Of a stretch of DNA of 64,000 nt, positions 12,850-24,134 are shown one piece after another. The notes below the pieces were generated by a model. The model ran no database searches, was not told where the DNA came from, and saw only the letters and a program-made list of their open reading frames with translations. The DNA is from Okamejei kenojei (taxonomy: Eukaryota), in assembly GCA_035221665.1 (NCBI GenBank), contig CM069131.1, forward strand, positions 22,878,001 through 22,942,000, read 5' to 3'. Made by a program: the position numbers and the translations under genes. Positions within the stretch are counted from its first letter, which is position 1. Each line of letters starts with the position of its first letter.

Positions 12850-14375
12850 AAGCGAGTTCGGTATTCCGATAAACGCAAGGAATCATGGGATTTGTCAAAG
12901 GTCATTCAGGAAAAAAAGCGAACGCAGCGCTGTATAAATTGTGTATAAATTGTTAATTATTCTACCAATTAATTAATCTAGAATTCTATCAAGTCAATAG
13001 CTTCCTTTCTTGTTCTGCTGTTCACACACTTCTTACGCAGTCCCAGTTCTAGTTCAGTTCATTAATCTGCAATTATGAGATCATCAAAAAGTTAAAGAAT
13101 TTATTATTTTCATTTAATCCTTAATGTATTTGCTACTGGAATAAGAAAATATTACGGTGGTGTAAAAATATATTTAATCTGAGGCAGGCAGTGACTGTAT
13201 CAGTGTGATGTGGGCTGATGCTTTACCTACAGGCCGTGTGAATGTACCGTTAAGGCACGGGTCAGCCTGCAACCCAAAATCATCCGGCCCGCAGGCGGAT
13301 TTTTTTAGTGACTAGAATGTTGTTCTTGCCTTCAGTGGGACCTTGCCCAGAGTTGTCCCAATGCTCGGGCAAGGCAGCTCTCCGGGACGGTTTGACTGGG
13401 ATGGTTTTACATTGCCTGAGTTATTGATCAGAGTGAACACCCACTCCTGTGAACACGTATTACTGTGGAGTCTGTCACAGATGGATTTCACTGCCTGTTG
13501 GTCAATAATTGAATCGCTCTCCTGAACCAGTGGCCGCGGATCTACCGGCATGTGTTCTTTCTGAACTGAACTCACTGTGGAATGAATCCATTAACAGAGC
13601 CACTCTGCTGCCGGATTCTGAGTTGTCCCTGCCTTCCCTATTGAACCCCCCTCATCCCCATCAGATGCCGAGTTCCTAGAGCCCTGGTTAAACGCGGCCG
13701 GCCACGGTTAAGTCTGTGAAACCGGCCCCATCAGAGACTGCGGGCAGGATTAACGAAAGAAAGGACCATTCTGCCTATTGTAGTGGGTGGCTGTTTGTGA
13801 GATGTGTGAGAGAGAGAGTGGAGGAGTTTGGGGCAAGATTTAATTTCCAGTGGCATGTAAATGATGGACCCACAAGGGTTGACACTACAATGGCAGTAGC
13901 GAGAGTGAGATAAAAAAATAAAACAGAAAGCGACCTCAATGATCGACATACTTACTGCCGATGTCTTACATACTGCCATTGATAAAGTTACATTACCACA
14001 GCGCAAGGAGTGAACAAATCCAAATATATCACAGAAAACTGTAAACATTTGTTTGCCAAAGTTCTTACCAGGTACACCAATAACTACAATGAGCATATAA
14101 CTGTTATACCAGTGTCTCAAACTAACTGCTATGTTCAGTAGACATAATATTGCTTAAAGCAATAAAATCAACAAAATCATCGTAGTTTTATGCAAATGAA
14201 CCATGAATACATCGTTAATAGTTTTGAAAACAGTATTTTCTTACCTCGAAGAAGCAAAACTGGAAAATACGGATGAAATGCAGGTCTGTATACATGCAGC
14301 AGCTCGGCAGGTGAGAATGTTTATCGTGAATGACCTATGACCTGGGCATGCACAGTTGAAATACCGAACTTGCTC
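12850..14375. mobile_element. Unclassified 1.5 kb DNA transposon with bipartite TIRs
   Basis: Left end AAGCGAGTTCGGTATTCC..GTCAAAGGTCATTCAGG vs right end (reverse complement) GAGCAAGTTCGGTATTTC..GTCATAGGTCATTCACG; AT on both flanks; removing it rejoins Hero codons ELG-I-CGQSLRQ. Confidence 0.75.
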
Positions 14376-14859
14376 ATTTGTGGACAGAGTTTACGTCAGA
14401 CCGTAAAGGAGATGTCAGAAGCAGCCGAGCAAGGCAGTAGGTGAATTTAGTCGAGAAGAAACAGTGTCAATTGGGGGCAAAAGGAAATATATAAATCGCT
14501 GTATGTGTATTTATTTGTACATGTATTCCGTGTACAGGTAAGTGTATCCCGGTTCTATATTTGAGGTTGATATTTGTGACACTACGATTGTTTAATGATG
14601 GGTTAGGATAAGTGTAAGACAGGATGCAAGTGTTTAGCATATATTTGAGTTAATTAAAGTTTCCTTTAGTTAGTAGATACTGGTAGCATAGGTGGTGAGG
14701 GCAGGTATTGAAGGGGGTTGTTCTGGGACACCGGAACTAATTGTTGAGTGAGGTGTCCTGGGCCTAACCTAACGAAACACCAGTGAAGGGAGGTGCCCAC
14801 TTGTTAACCCCAATGATATACTTGCATCTACACCATCAGTCCTTATGTGGTTGTTAACG

Positions 14860-14918
14860 CATGGATCAAGTTATCCAACAACTTTAGACTGTGCGCGCCA
14901 CACGAAAGACGAAGAACG
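14860..14918 (+). mobile_element. Short non-LTR 3' end (same family as 37578-37755)
   Basis: CAAGTTATCCAACAACTTTAGACTGTGCGCGCCACACGAAAGACGAAGAA resembles the 37700-37755 terminus. Confidence 0.55.
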
Positions 14919-15111
14919 GATGGATAATTTATTATTGCAGATGGAGTTAGTTATTGTCCTCTAGTAGTGTGTTAGTTATTGTCCTCTAAGCAGTTATTGC
15001 AGATGGAGTTTTCCTTTGGCTTTGGGTTGGTTTTCTTGATTCAGCGCTTATCCTGGTGCTGTACACGCATTTTGTGTTTTAATAGTGGTGTTATCCCACT
15101 TTTGCAGCCGC

Positions 15112-15265
15112 TCTCTGCACACCAGAGACAATTTGCACAGGCCAATTAACCTGCAAACCCACGGGTCTTTGGGATGTGTGAGGAAAACGGAGCGCCCGGA
15201 GAAAACCCACGCGATCACAGGGAGAACGTACAAACTCCACGCAGACAGCACCCGAGGTCAGGGTA
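15112..15265 (-). mobile_element. HE1-like SINE fragment
   Basis: GGCCAATTAACCTGCAAACCC..TCTTTGGGATGTGTGAGGAAAACGGAGC..CAGGGAGAACGTACAAACTCC. Confidence 0.8.
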
Positions 15266-18262
15266 AGACCTGTCTCTGAGGGACAGAGACATCGAACAAT
15301 AGAGCAGAGGAACAAACCCTTCGGCCCATTATGCATGTACTTGCCATGATGTCAATTTAAACAGAACATCCTCTATCTCCCTCCATTCTCTGCCTGTCCA
15401 CGTGACTGTTTAAATGCCTTTAAAACCATAGGTACTAATTAAACGTTTGGTTCCTTTCATTGATATGGAATTGAATCTGGAGAACACAAGCGCAAGTTAC
15501 GCCACTTGACATGAGGGGCAAATAAGAGTGATCTGCAGCTTGGGATATTTCTTTAAGGCATGGGCGTAAGATGCTTGGGAAATCAAACTGGTCGGTTAAA
15601 TAACTTAAGCACGTCCTTACAAAAATCAAACTGATCCCGAACTAAGCTCAAACGTCGTTGTATTCTCTTATTCACAACGATCTCTCAGAACCAGCTTTGT
15701 ACACAGAGAAGGCAGTCACAACCGCCACGTTTTCCTGATGCCTTAAAATCAAAGGGGTAAAAAACAGTTTTGTTTAATGGGTTTTCTGAGGTCACAGAAG
15801 ATTTATTGTCTACAACCGGGAGTTAACTATGCAGAGTAGTTCTTGATGTTAACATTCATAAAGTAACACATTTAATACATCCGAGATATGAGAATGTCTG
15901 CGCCCTGCGCGGGTTGCGGTCACTTGGGGCGAGAGTTAATATATGTTACTCACAGAAGAGTGCGAACCAAAAGATGAAAACACCGATCGGGTGTATGCCT
16001 GGTGAGAAGCGCGGTATTTTTTTCTATCCTTGCTGTTGTCAGCCAAAGGAAAGTTCTGTTCCAATTGGTTTTTTTTTAAATTTGAACTTTCCGTCCCTGC
16101 GATAAACCGGGATCCTGTTTTGGACTGTCTGAAACGGAAACAGACTCCCTGGGTGAATTTGTGAGTGTAAGGTACCAAGACCACTCAATCTCACCCCCAC
16201 CCTTCCTTCCTTCCTTCATTCGGCCCTTCGAGCGGTGCAGGCTCGAAGGGCCGAATGGCCTGCTCCTGCACCTAATTTCCTAATTTCTATGTTTCAACTC
16301 GCATTCTATCGAAATCCTCATCTTTACCCGTATTGCTCCTCGACATGACTTTTCCAAGTCATTATTGTTTGCCTTCCTTGCTTATGTCAATTATGGACCT
16401 CCGATAACGCTTCGTTTTTAAGCGTTTACTGTTTTAAATTGATCCCCTACAACACTAGGTTTTAAAATTCCCATTCAGATTTCGAAATCTGCGTCAATCT
16501 GACAGTCCAACCTAATACCCAACCTCTTACCATTCTGACCGCTTAATCACAATTGAATTTAGTTTTAACTACAAAAGCCCTAAACTTTGAAACAATCTCA
16601 GTCGGGCCTCTCAACCCTCTTGTTAGACATCCCTTAAAACACCTCTACGTTTTGTGTAGATTTCTTTAGTATTTACTTAAGCGGGTCGTATAAAAGACTT
16701 TGGGACATGTTGCTTCGTCATAGAGTTCCACAAATAAACGTGTCAGTGTTAAACTTCATTGTACTGTTGCATTTAGGTGGTGCCGTAACTGAGCTATGAC
16801 AGTTCGCATGGGTGGAAATGTATTTATCTGAAACTGGTGTATTTGCATTTTCATAACATGTGGAGTAATATCACAGGATCAAAATTTGGATCCCGAAGGA
16901 ATACAGATTACCCTCAAAGTTTATTACAGGAAATGTTTATCGGCACAAAAATATACTCCACAAATCAAAACTTAATTTTGGGAAAAAATAAAGGAACCGT
17001 TACGCTAAATTTGTCCGCAAATCATGACTGCATAATCAGACAATATTTTAGGTTATGTAAACAAATAATTTCTTACACACAGGAAATATAATTTACTTTG
17101 TATTCAAATGTGAAGCACGGTATAAGAAAACAAAATAACACCAGGTCCCAATGACATATATTGACTATAAAATATTTAGAATGGCAATAAAATATTTAGA
17201 ATAATGCTAAAATATTTGCAATTCCACGTAATAAAGGTTTTTCAGTTCCCAACTCTAGAGAGACACAAAACTTCCTCGTGGTTTTTACAATTAATACTAC
17301 AGTATTTTCAAAATAACCAGTTCTAGCTGTAACTTTCTTGGGTCACTATTTGTACTTATATTTCATACTCATGGTTTGGTAGTACACACAAATAAATTAT
17401 ATATATTATAAAGTAAATGTTTTTGGCTTGTTACCTTAGTAGAACTTTAACGAGGACCACGTAGCCCTCGGAGGGGTTTTAAAAAATATATAATCTGAAT
17501 GGTAACTATAATGGAAAAGTTACATTCTCCTTTAACATACAGTATATGTCACCATGATAAAAAAATATGCAGCGATTTAGACTCTCTGAAATATAAATGA
17601 TTTCGTTAAACTTTTATTATAAATCAGAACATGCATCTATGCGAGGAGACAGTGATTTCCCTCGGTGTCTGTGGACTTGGATTATGAAGGCTGTGCAAAT
17701 GTGAAGCAGTCCATTTGTGTGCGAAAGCTGGGTGAAGACTGATGGTATCTTGCATGATAGTGAATGCACTACACATCTGCTTGCAGTTTGCCATTGCTTA
17801 GGGACATTAGAAAAGGTCTCGGTGCATCCAGATATGGGGAGGTGACAGAAGCTATTACCAAACAAAGAGGTTGACTTGACCATCTTGATACGCACTCCGC
17901 GCTAACCCATCCCTCTTCTTCATTTCCTGCTCCATCATTGTTATTCTGTCTCCTCTGAAAATATTTAACTTATCTTCACCGTTCCCCCATATATTGTATT
18001 CTGCATTTGATTATGAATATAGATGGATGGCCATTTTGCTCACCACCTTGTGACGGTCCCTGTTTGTATCTTTGCTTCACTCACTCATTTAACTGCTAAG
18101 GTTCTTATATTGTATCGTCTATTTCCAATTTACGCCTATTTTATATCCATGATTTCTCGTTGCACTGACTTCTGCCTATCCCCACGTCCTCGGCATATTC
18201 CATTTACTAATAAAAGGCCTCCGCCCCAGTTTCAGTTGGACCCACTTTCTTACTATTCACTT

Positions 18263-18472
18263 GATAGACATACAAAGTACTGGAGTAACTCAGCGGGTCA
18301 GGCAGCACCTCTGGAGAAAGCAGATGGGTGACGTTTCGGGTCGGGACCCTTCTTTAAACTCGAAACGACACCCACCCTTTTTTCCCCAGAGATGTTGCCT
18401 GATCCTCTGAGTTACGCCAGGACTTTGTGTCAATCGTCGGTATAAACGAGCATTTGTAGTTCCTTTCTACAC
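18263..18472. mobile_element. Head-to-head palindrome of two Penelope-like terminal repeats
   Basis: Minus copy 18263-18358 directly followed by a plus copy 18359-18472. Confidence 0.75.
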
Positions 18473-19928
18473 TTCCTATTTACCTTGTTCTTTAGACTTG
18501 TCATCTTTTAGGTATATAATCTTAATTTGCTCTTTATCCACGTATCAACCTTGCCGCCTCGGACGCCTGGCCCATAAGTTCATATACATTCGCTTAATTC
18601 TCTCTCTCCAATTTCGGAATTTCGGCAGAACCGAGCTGGCTCCTACAAATACCAAACGACAGTAGAAGTGGCGAGCGCACTTGCTGAATGTATAGAGAAT
18701 GAATAAGGTATCATTTATATTGATCGGGTACGACAAAACTATTTGTCTTTGGTAAGCAGTGTAACAGAGCCAGATATTTTCATATTGCATACATTATTGC
18801 ATCAAAGCTCTCTACACAAGATTTCTCAAACATGTTCATAGTCATCTACAAATTAATCAAAATGTTCCTCACCGTTTCGGTTTGTAGAACCGATGTGCGC
18901 CTCTTTAATGCGTTCTTGTTTACTTCGGTATGACACCTGTGGCGTGTGTTTCCAGCAAACCCTATGGCACACCGAGAAAAAGCGACTTGAGAAGGTTATT
19001 TCTATCTCGAGATTCTATCAGTAGTCGCATCTCCATATTATACACTTTCCCCCAGACTTGAAACGCATGAGCCCAAGTGTATCCTCAACGTGACCAAGGA
19101 CGCCTGTTAGCACGATTTATCGTCTAAAATACTAATTCACACCCAAAGTATGTTATTGTTGTTTTCCACCATCGATCCAGAATAACGTGAAATTGCATTA
19201 CTCTTTTTCGCACGTTTTCACAACAGAAAAAAAAAAATGCCACATCCCTGCCGTCGGGTGTACCTTAGCTGGATTTATAACAGAGTCGTGTAATCTTGAT
19301 AAACATGCCCATAACTGGATTTTATTTTTAAAGTTTGTTGTCAATTGTAATGGCAGTGCACAATGCGGAGCGTTATGTGAATGTGTGTGTTGGAAGTAAC
19401 GTAACTCGATGTGTCTCGCGTGGGCAAGTGCTTGCGCGGATGGGAAGGAATGGGGGTATGCTCTGCTGTTACGACAAATCATTTGTATTTAAAACGGGTG
19501 CTTTTAAATAATCTTATCCATGTAAAAGATTCTGCCATCATCAAGAACTAAAATGAAATAAGAAACGACAGAACGTATCAATGAAAAGATCAATCTGCAT
19601 TTACATCGTGAATTTCGCGCAGTCAAAAATAGAAACACGCCAAAAGTAGTTTAGAGTGGCGGTGTCAATTGATCCTTTACATTCACCCGTGAGCTCAGTC
19701 TTTTCTAAAAGTCAACAACTTAAGAACTCTCTCAGTAGACACTGGAAGGTCAACCGTGATGTTTGTTTTCAAGTTTCTTGGGTGAAGTTTGAACGCTGAT
19801 TCACCGATGAGTGTTTTGCACTGAAGTACGAATGACACTTATCAACTAACAAATAACCCAGAGCCAAAGATAGACACGAAATTCTGCAGTAGCTCAGCGG
19901 GACAGGTGCCATCCCTGGAGAAGGAATA

Positions 19929-21540
19929 CAGTGCCCTCCATAATGTTTGGGACAAAGACACATCATTTATTTATTTGTCGCTGTACTCCACAATTTGAGA
20001 TTTGTAATAGAAAAAAAATCACAAATGCACATTGTCAGATTTTAATAAAGGCCATTTTTATACATTTTGGTTTCACCATGTAGGAATTACAGCAGTGTTT
20101 ATACATAGTCCCCCCATTTCAGGGCACCATAATGTTTGGGAAATATGGCTTCACAGGTATTTGTAATTGCTCAGATGTGTTTCATTGCCTCCCTCATGCA
20201 GATATAAGAGCTCTCGGCACCTAGTCTTTCCTACAGTCTTTCCATCACCTTTGGAAACTTTTATTGCTGTTTATCAACATGCGGACCAAAGTTGTGCCAA
20301 TGAAAGTGAAATAAGCCATTATGAGACTGAGGAACAAGAATAAAACTGTTAGAGACATCAGCCAAACCTTAGGCTTACCAAAAGAAACTCTTTGGAACAT
20401 CATTAAGAAGAAAGAGAGCACTGGTGAGCTTACTATTCGCAAAGGGACAGGCAGGCCAAGGAAGAACTCCACAGCTGATGACAGAAGAAATTCTCTATAA
20501 TAGGCAAAAATCCCCAAACACCTCTCCGACAGATCAGAAACACTCTTCGAGAGTCAGGTGTGGATTTGCCAATGACCACTGTCTGCAGAAGACTTCATGA
20601 ATAGAAATACAGAGGCTACACTGCAAGATGCAAACCACTGGTTAGCCGCAAAAATAGGATGGCCTGGTTACAGTTGGCCATGAGTACTTAAAAGAACAAC
20701 CACAGTTCTGGAAAAAGGTCATGTGGACAGATGATTAACATATCAGAGTGATGGCAAGAGCAAAGTATGGAGGAGAGAAGGAATTGCCCAGGATCCAAAT
20801 CATACCCCCTGCTCTGTGAAACACGGTGGTGGAGTGCTATGGCCTGGGCATGTATGGTACTGGCTATCTTATCTTCATTGATGATACAACTGCTGATGGT
20901 AGTAGCATAATGAATTCTGAAGTGTATGGACACATCCTATCTGCTCAAGTTCAAACAAATGCCTCAAAACATTGGCTGGCAGATCATTCTACAGCAAGAC
21001 AATGGTCCCAGACATACTGCTCAAGCAACAAAGTTTTTCAAGGCTAAAAAATGATCGATTCTTGAGTGGCCGAGTCAATCATCGATCTGAACCCAATTGA
21101 GCATGGTTTTTATATGCTGAAGAGAAAACTGAAGGGGACTAGCCCCCAAAACAGGCAAAAGCTAAAGATGGCTGCAATAGAGGCCTGGCAGAGCATCACC
21201 AGAGAAGACATCCAGCAACTGGTGATGTCCATGAATCACAGACTTCAAGCAGTCATTGTATGTAAAGAATATGCAACAAAATACAAAACATGTCTACTTT
21301 CATTTACATGACATTGCTGTGTCCCAAACATTATGGTGCCCTGAAATGGGGGGATTATGTATAAACACTGCTGTAATTTCTACAAGGTGAAACCAAAATG
21401 TATTAAAATGGCCTTTATTAAAATCTGACAATGTGCACTTTAACCACGTGATTTTTTTCTATTACAAAACTCAAATTGTGGAGTACAGAGGCAAATAAAT
21501 CAATGATGGGTCTTTGTCCCAAACATTATGGAGGGCAGTG
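19929..21540 (+). mobile_element. Tc1/mariner (IR/DR type, DDE) transposon, full length, transposase decayed
   Basis: TA|CAGTGCCCTCCATAATGTTTGGGAC...GTCCCAAACATTATGGAGGGCAGTG|TA; about 210 bp TIRs with inner repeat CCATAATGTTTGGGA; motifs GRPRK, WTD, QQDN, DLNPIEH with stops and frameshifts; splits a Penelope repeat (19868-19928 / 21541-21572). Confidence 0.92.
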
Positions 21541-22829
21541 TAGGTGACGTTGCGGGTCGGGAACCTTCTTCAACCTAGAGCCACCTTTATTTAGGTACAG
21601 TAAGTTAGAATCCTTCGCTTAATCCACTCTTGTATGAAAATAAATAACGGAATTAATGCATATCCGCCTGACAGAACATAAAATAAAATGGCCTGTTTAC
21701 TATTAATCCATAAGAATTTAACTAGAAATAGAGAAGTGGTGCCAAAGGCATATTTTGAGCTTTCTAACTCAACGCAGTGTGATATTCTGTTCTGCAAGAA
21801 TATCAGCAGTGTGTTCTGGACTCCAGAGTGGTCGGTTAACAACACAAATGCAACATCTTTCCTAAGAACTTATGCATTGCATACTGAAATGAGTGCGAAC
21901 AATCCCAGAGAAGAATAAATCAGTTCTGTTTAAATTGTATAATAGGTTAAACAAATTGAACAATCCTTGTTAATTAGAACGCAATTTCGGGGTCTAATTA
22001 TATTTCTGATGATGTAGCAACATGACTATTCAGTTCGTATTAATAATCTTCTGCTGCGGCTGCATGTTACATTGTATGGTTCTTTATCAGGTACTAAATC
22101 TGGTGAAGGGATACCCATTTCAAATTCCCATAAATATTAGACCGTGTAGACTAGCCTTCACGAGTGACACATGTACAATTTAATGATACAAGATATTAGC
22201 CCTCTGCTTCTCAATTTTTTCACTATTATGAAAACTAATAAATTTGTCAACGAGAATTACGCATACAAATCAGATGAGGCATAGCAGATTACATATTGCA
22301 GTCCCGTGCCTCTCGAGTTTAAATGAAATTTCAATCTAATAATTCCTTTCTGGCCTGGTCATAATTTGCTTAGAGATGCTGCTTGACTTCTTTTCGGGCG
22401 CAATGAAAGCCCTATTCGCGCGATAATTAAATGAGAGTCAGGCTTTTAAGTTTGATTTATTTTCTTCCACCGTGCTATGAGAAGAAAGGTGGAGCAAGTA
22501 GTGTAATATAATTTCTTGATTTCTTCCGGAAACTGCAAAGAGAAATGTTATAAAATATAATGAAAACAGTCAGCGATTTAATAAGCAAAACGGCAACAAG
22601 ATGCAATATTAGGTATACCTCACATCACTTACAGGACAGGACTAGTGGAGTTGAAAATCTAAATATTACACACATTTTAATAAATGTGTAAAACAATTTC
22701 CTTATTTGAAATTCACGGAGAATTTCCCTTGCTGCCATCAATTGAAAAATGAGCATTATTGACACAGTTTTTCCGACCAGCGGCATATAAAAGCAGAACA
22801 ATATTATGCTGCTTGCCAAAATAAACTCT

Positions 22830-23300
22830 AAACTGTGCGACTAATGTTCCTTATGATAGCAGCCTATTAAGTGATAATGTGGTGACGGTATCTACAGATC
22901 CATAATGCTCCCGGAGGTGGGGTGGCTGTAAAGCTGTTAAGGGGTAATCGTACAGCTTTATTTCGGGACTGTTAACCATAACGCGCGCGTGGATAATTTG
23001 AAAGGAAGGAGGGAGGACATCCCGCATGCGTGCTATCCCACTTGCACGTCGCATGCTAATGGCTAAAAATCATCCGAAGTGGAACCTGAGTCTCCCCCCA
23101 CCCCCCCATCTTTTCCCACCAGGTGAAACGCGATAGATTGCAGCGCGAACAGCTTTCCGCCTGTGCCACGAGCAGCCGAGCCAGCCCGCGACCAATAGGC
23201 TCTCAGGATCAGCACACATACAGTACACAAACACACACACACGCACACACTCGGACGGGCAGAGACACGCACACACACCCTTGACACCCCGAAAGTCCCT
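22830..23300 (+). promoter_or_regulatory. Proximal promoter / CpG island edge of POU4F2
   Basis: CpG-rich unique sequence just upstream of the gene; CCAAT at about 23192; octamer-like ATGCTAAT at about 23053; TSS not determinable. Confidence 0.6.
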
Positions 23301-23425
23301 TCATGTCGTTCCACGAGCTACCTGCTCGGGCAAGGTGTGCGGCAGCGGCAACATTCCCGGGCAACATTCCAAACCGAGCACCGGCCCGGCCGCCGCCGCG
23401 GCGCGAGCCCCGAGCAGCCCAGCCC

Positions 23426-23574
23426 CCCGCCCGCGCCCCGCGCCAGCACCGCTCTCCCGCCCGCGCCCCGCGCCAGCACCGCTCTCCCGCCCGCGCCCCG
23501 CACTAGGAGCCCGCCAGCGCCCCGCACCAGCACCGCTCTCCCGCCCGCGCCCCGCACTAGGAGCCCGCCAGCGC
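23426..23574 (+). repeat. GC-rich minisatellite in the putative 5' UTR
   Basis: 30-bp unit CCCGCCCGCGCCCCGCGCCAGCACCGCTCT twice, then a 54-bp variant and a partial copy. Confidence 0.9.
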
Positions 23575-23651
23575 TCGGCACCGGTCCCTGGCTCCCTCCA
23601 GCGATTCGCACCGGCACCGGGCGCCCGCCGGCAGAGCGCCGCCGCTGCAAG

Positions 23652-23834
23652 ATGATGATGATGATGTCGATGAACGGGAAGCAGGCGTTCGGCATGCCGC
23701 CGCCGCACTCGTCCAACCTGCCCGAGCACAAGTACTCGAGCCTGCACACGTCCTCTACTTCCAACTCGTCGTCCACTCAATCCAGCAGCAGCAGCTCAGA
23801 GGCGATGTGCCGAGCCTGTCTCCCAACCCCACCG
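23652..23834 (+). CDS. POU4F2: POU class 4 homeobox 2 (Brn-3b), coding exon 1
   Basis: MMMMMSMNGKQAFGMP...SEAMCRACLPTPP (POU-IV box start), 61 codons, followed by donor CCG|GTACGT. Confidence 0.9.
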
Positions 23835-24134
23835 GTACGTATATGCATAATCACCGCTTAGAGGCACATTTTGACAGCCCCCTCTTTTTTTCCCTTTGCT
23901 TGATGTTTTTTTCATGTCTGTACAGCAAATCACCCAACACCTCGGATACTTTCAACTTATGTATTCAGACTGGCTTGCCGTTCATATTAATTTTTATGAC
24001 CTGGGTAGTGTATGTGTGTGTGTGTGTGTGTGTGTTTAAAGGTTTTTTTTTTTAACATTCTGGAAATGTTTTAATCCTGGAGTCGAGCGAATTCCCTGCT
24101 GACAGGAATGTGTGCATTCTATTTGCAATTGCAG
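23835..24134 (+). other. POU4F2 intron (300 bp, phase 0) containing (GT)n
   Basis: GT...TTGCAG; joins LPTPP to SNIFGGLDE as in vertebrate POU4F2. Confidence 0.88.

Larger units (their letters stand above)
11085..14850 (+). mobile_element. Degenerate Hero-clade (RLE-type) non-LTR retrotransposon, 5'-truncated, with nested insertions
   Basis: Translated fragments in order: PPIRAYMD (RT catalytic), EKPVKNVGRWY, IRKWLGVLRCLSNVASYGKG, zinc-knuckle and WRHN region (about 12290-12390), RPDMVLWS (PD-D/ExK nuclease), PVEAGCRGF; coding resumes at 14376 (GQSLRQTVKEMSEAAEQGS). Confidence 0.75.

Noticed and set aside
14230-14450. Host-gene promoter or first exon (TACGTCA site)
   Set aside because: Resolved as the right TIR of the 12850-14375 element plus resumed Hero coding sequence
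20279-21311. Active Tc1 transposase gene
   Set aside because: Stops and frameshifts in both copies
23281-23780. Arg/Pro/Ala-rich ORFs over the leader
   Set aside because: Explained by the GC minisatellite; only the uORF and in-frame extension are kept as hypotheses
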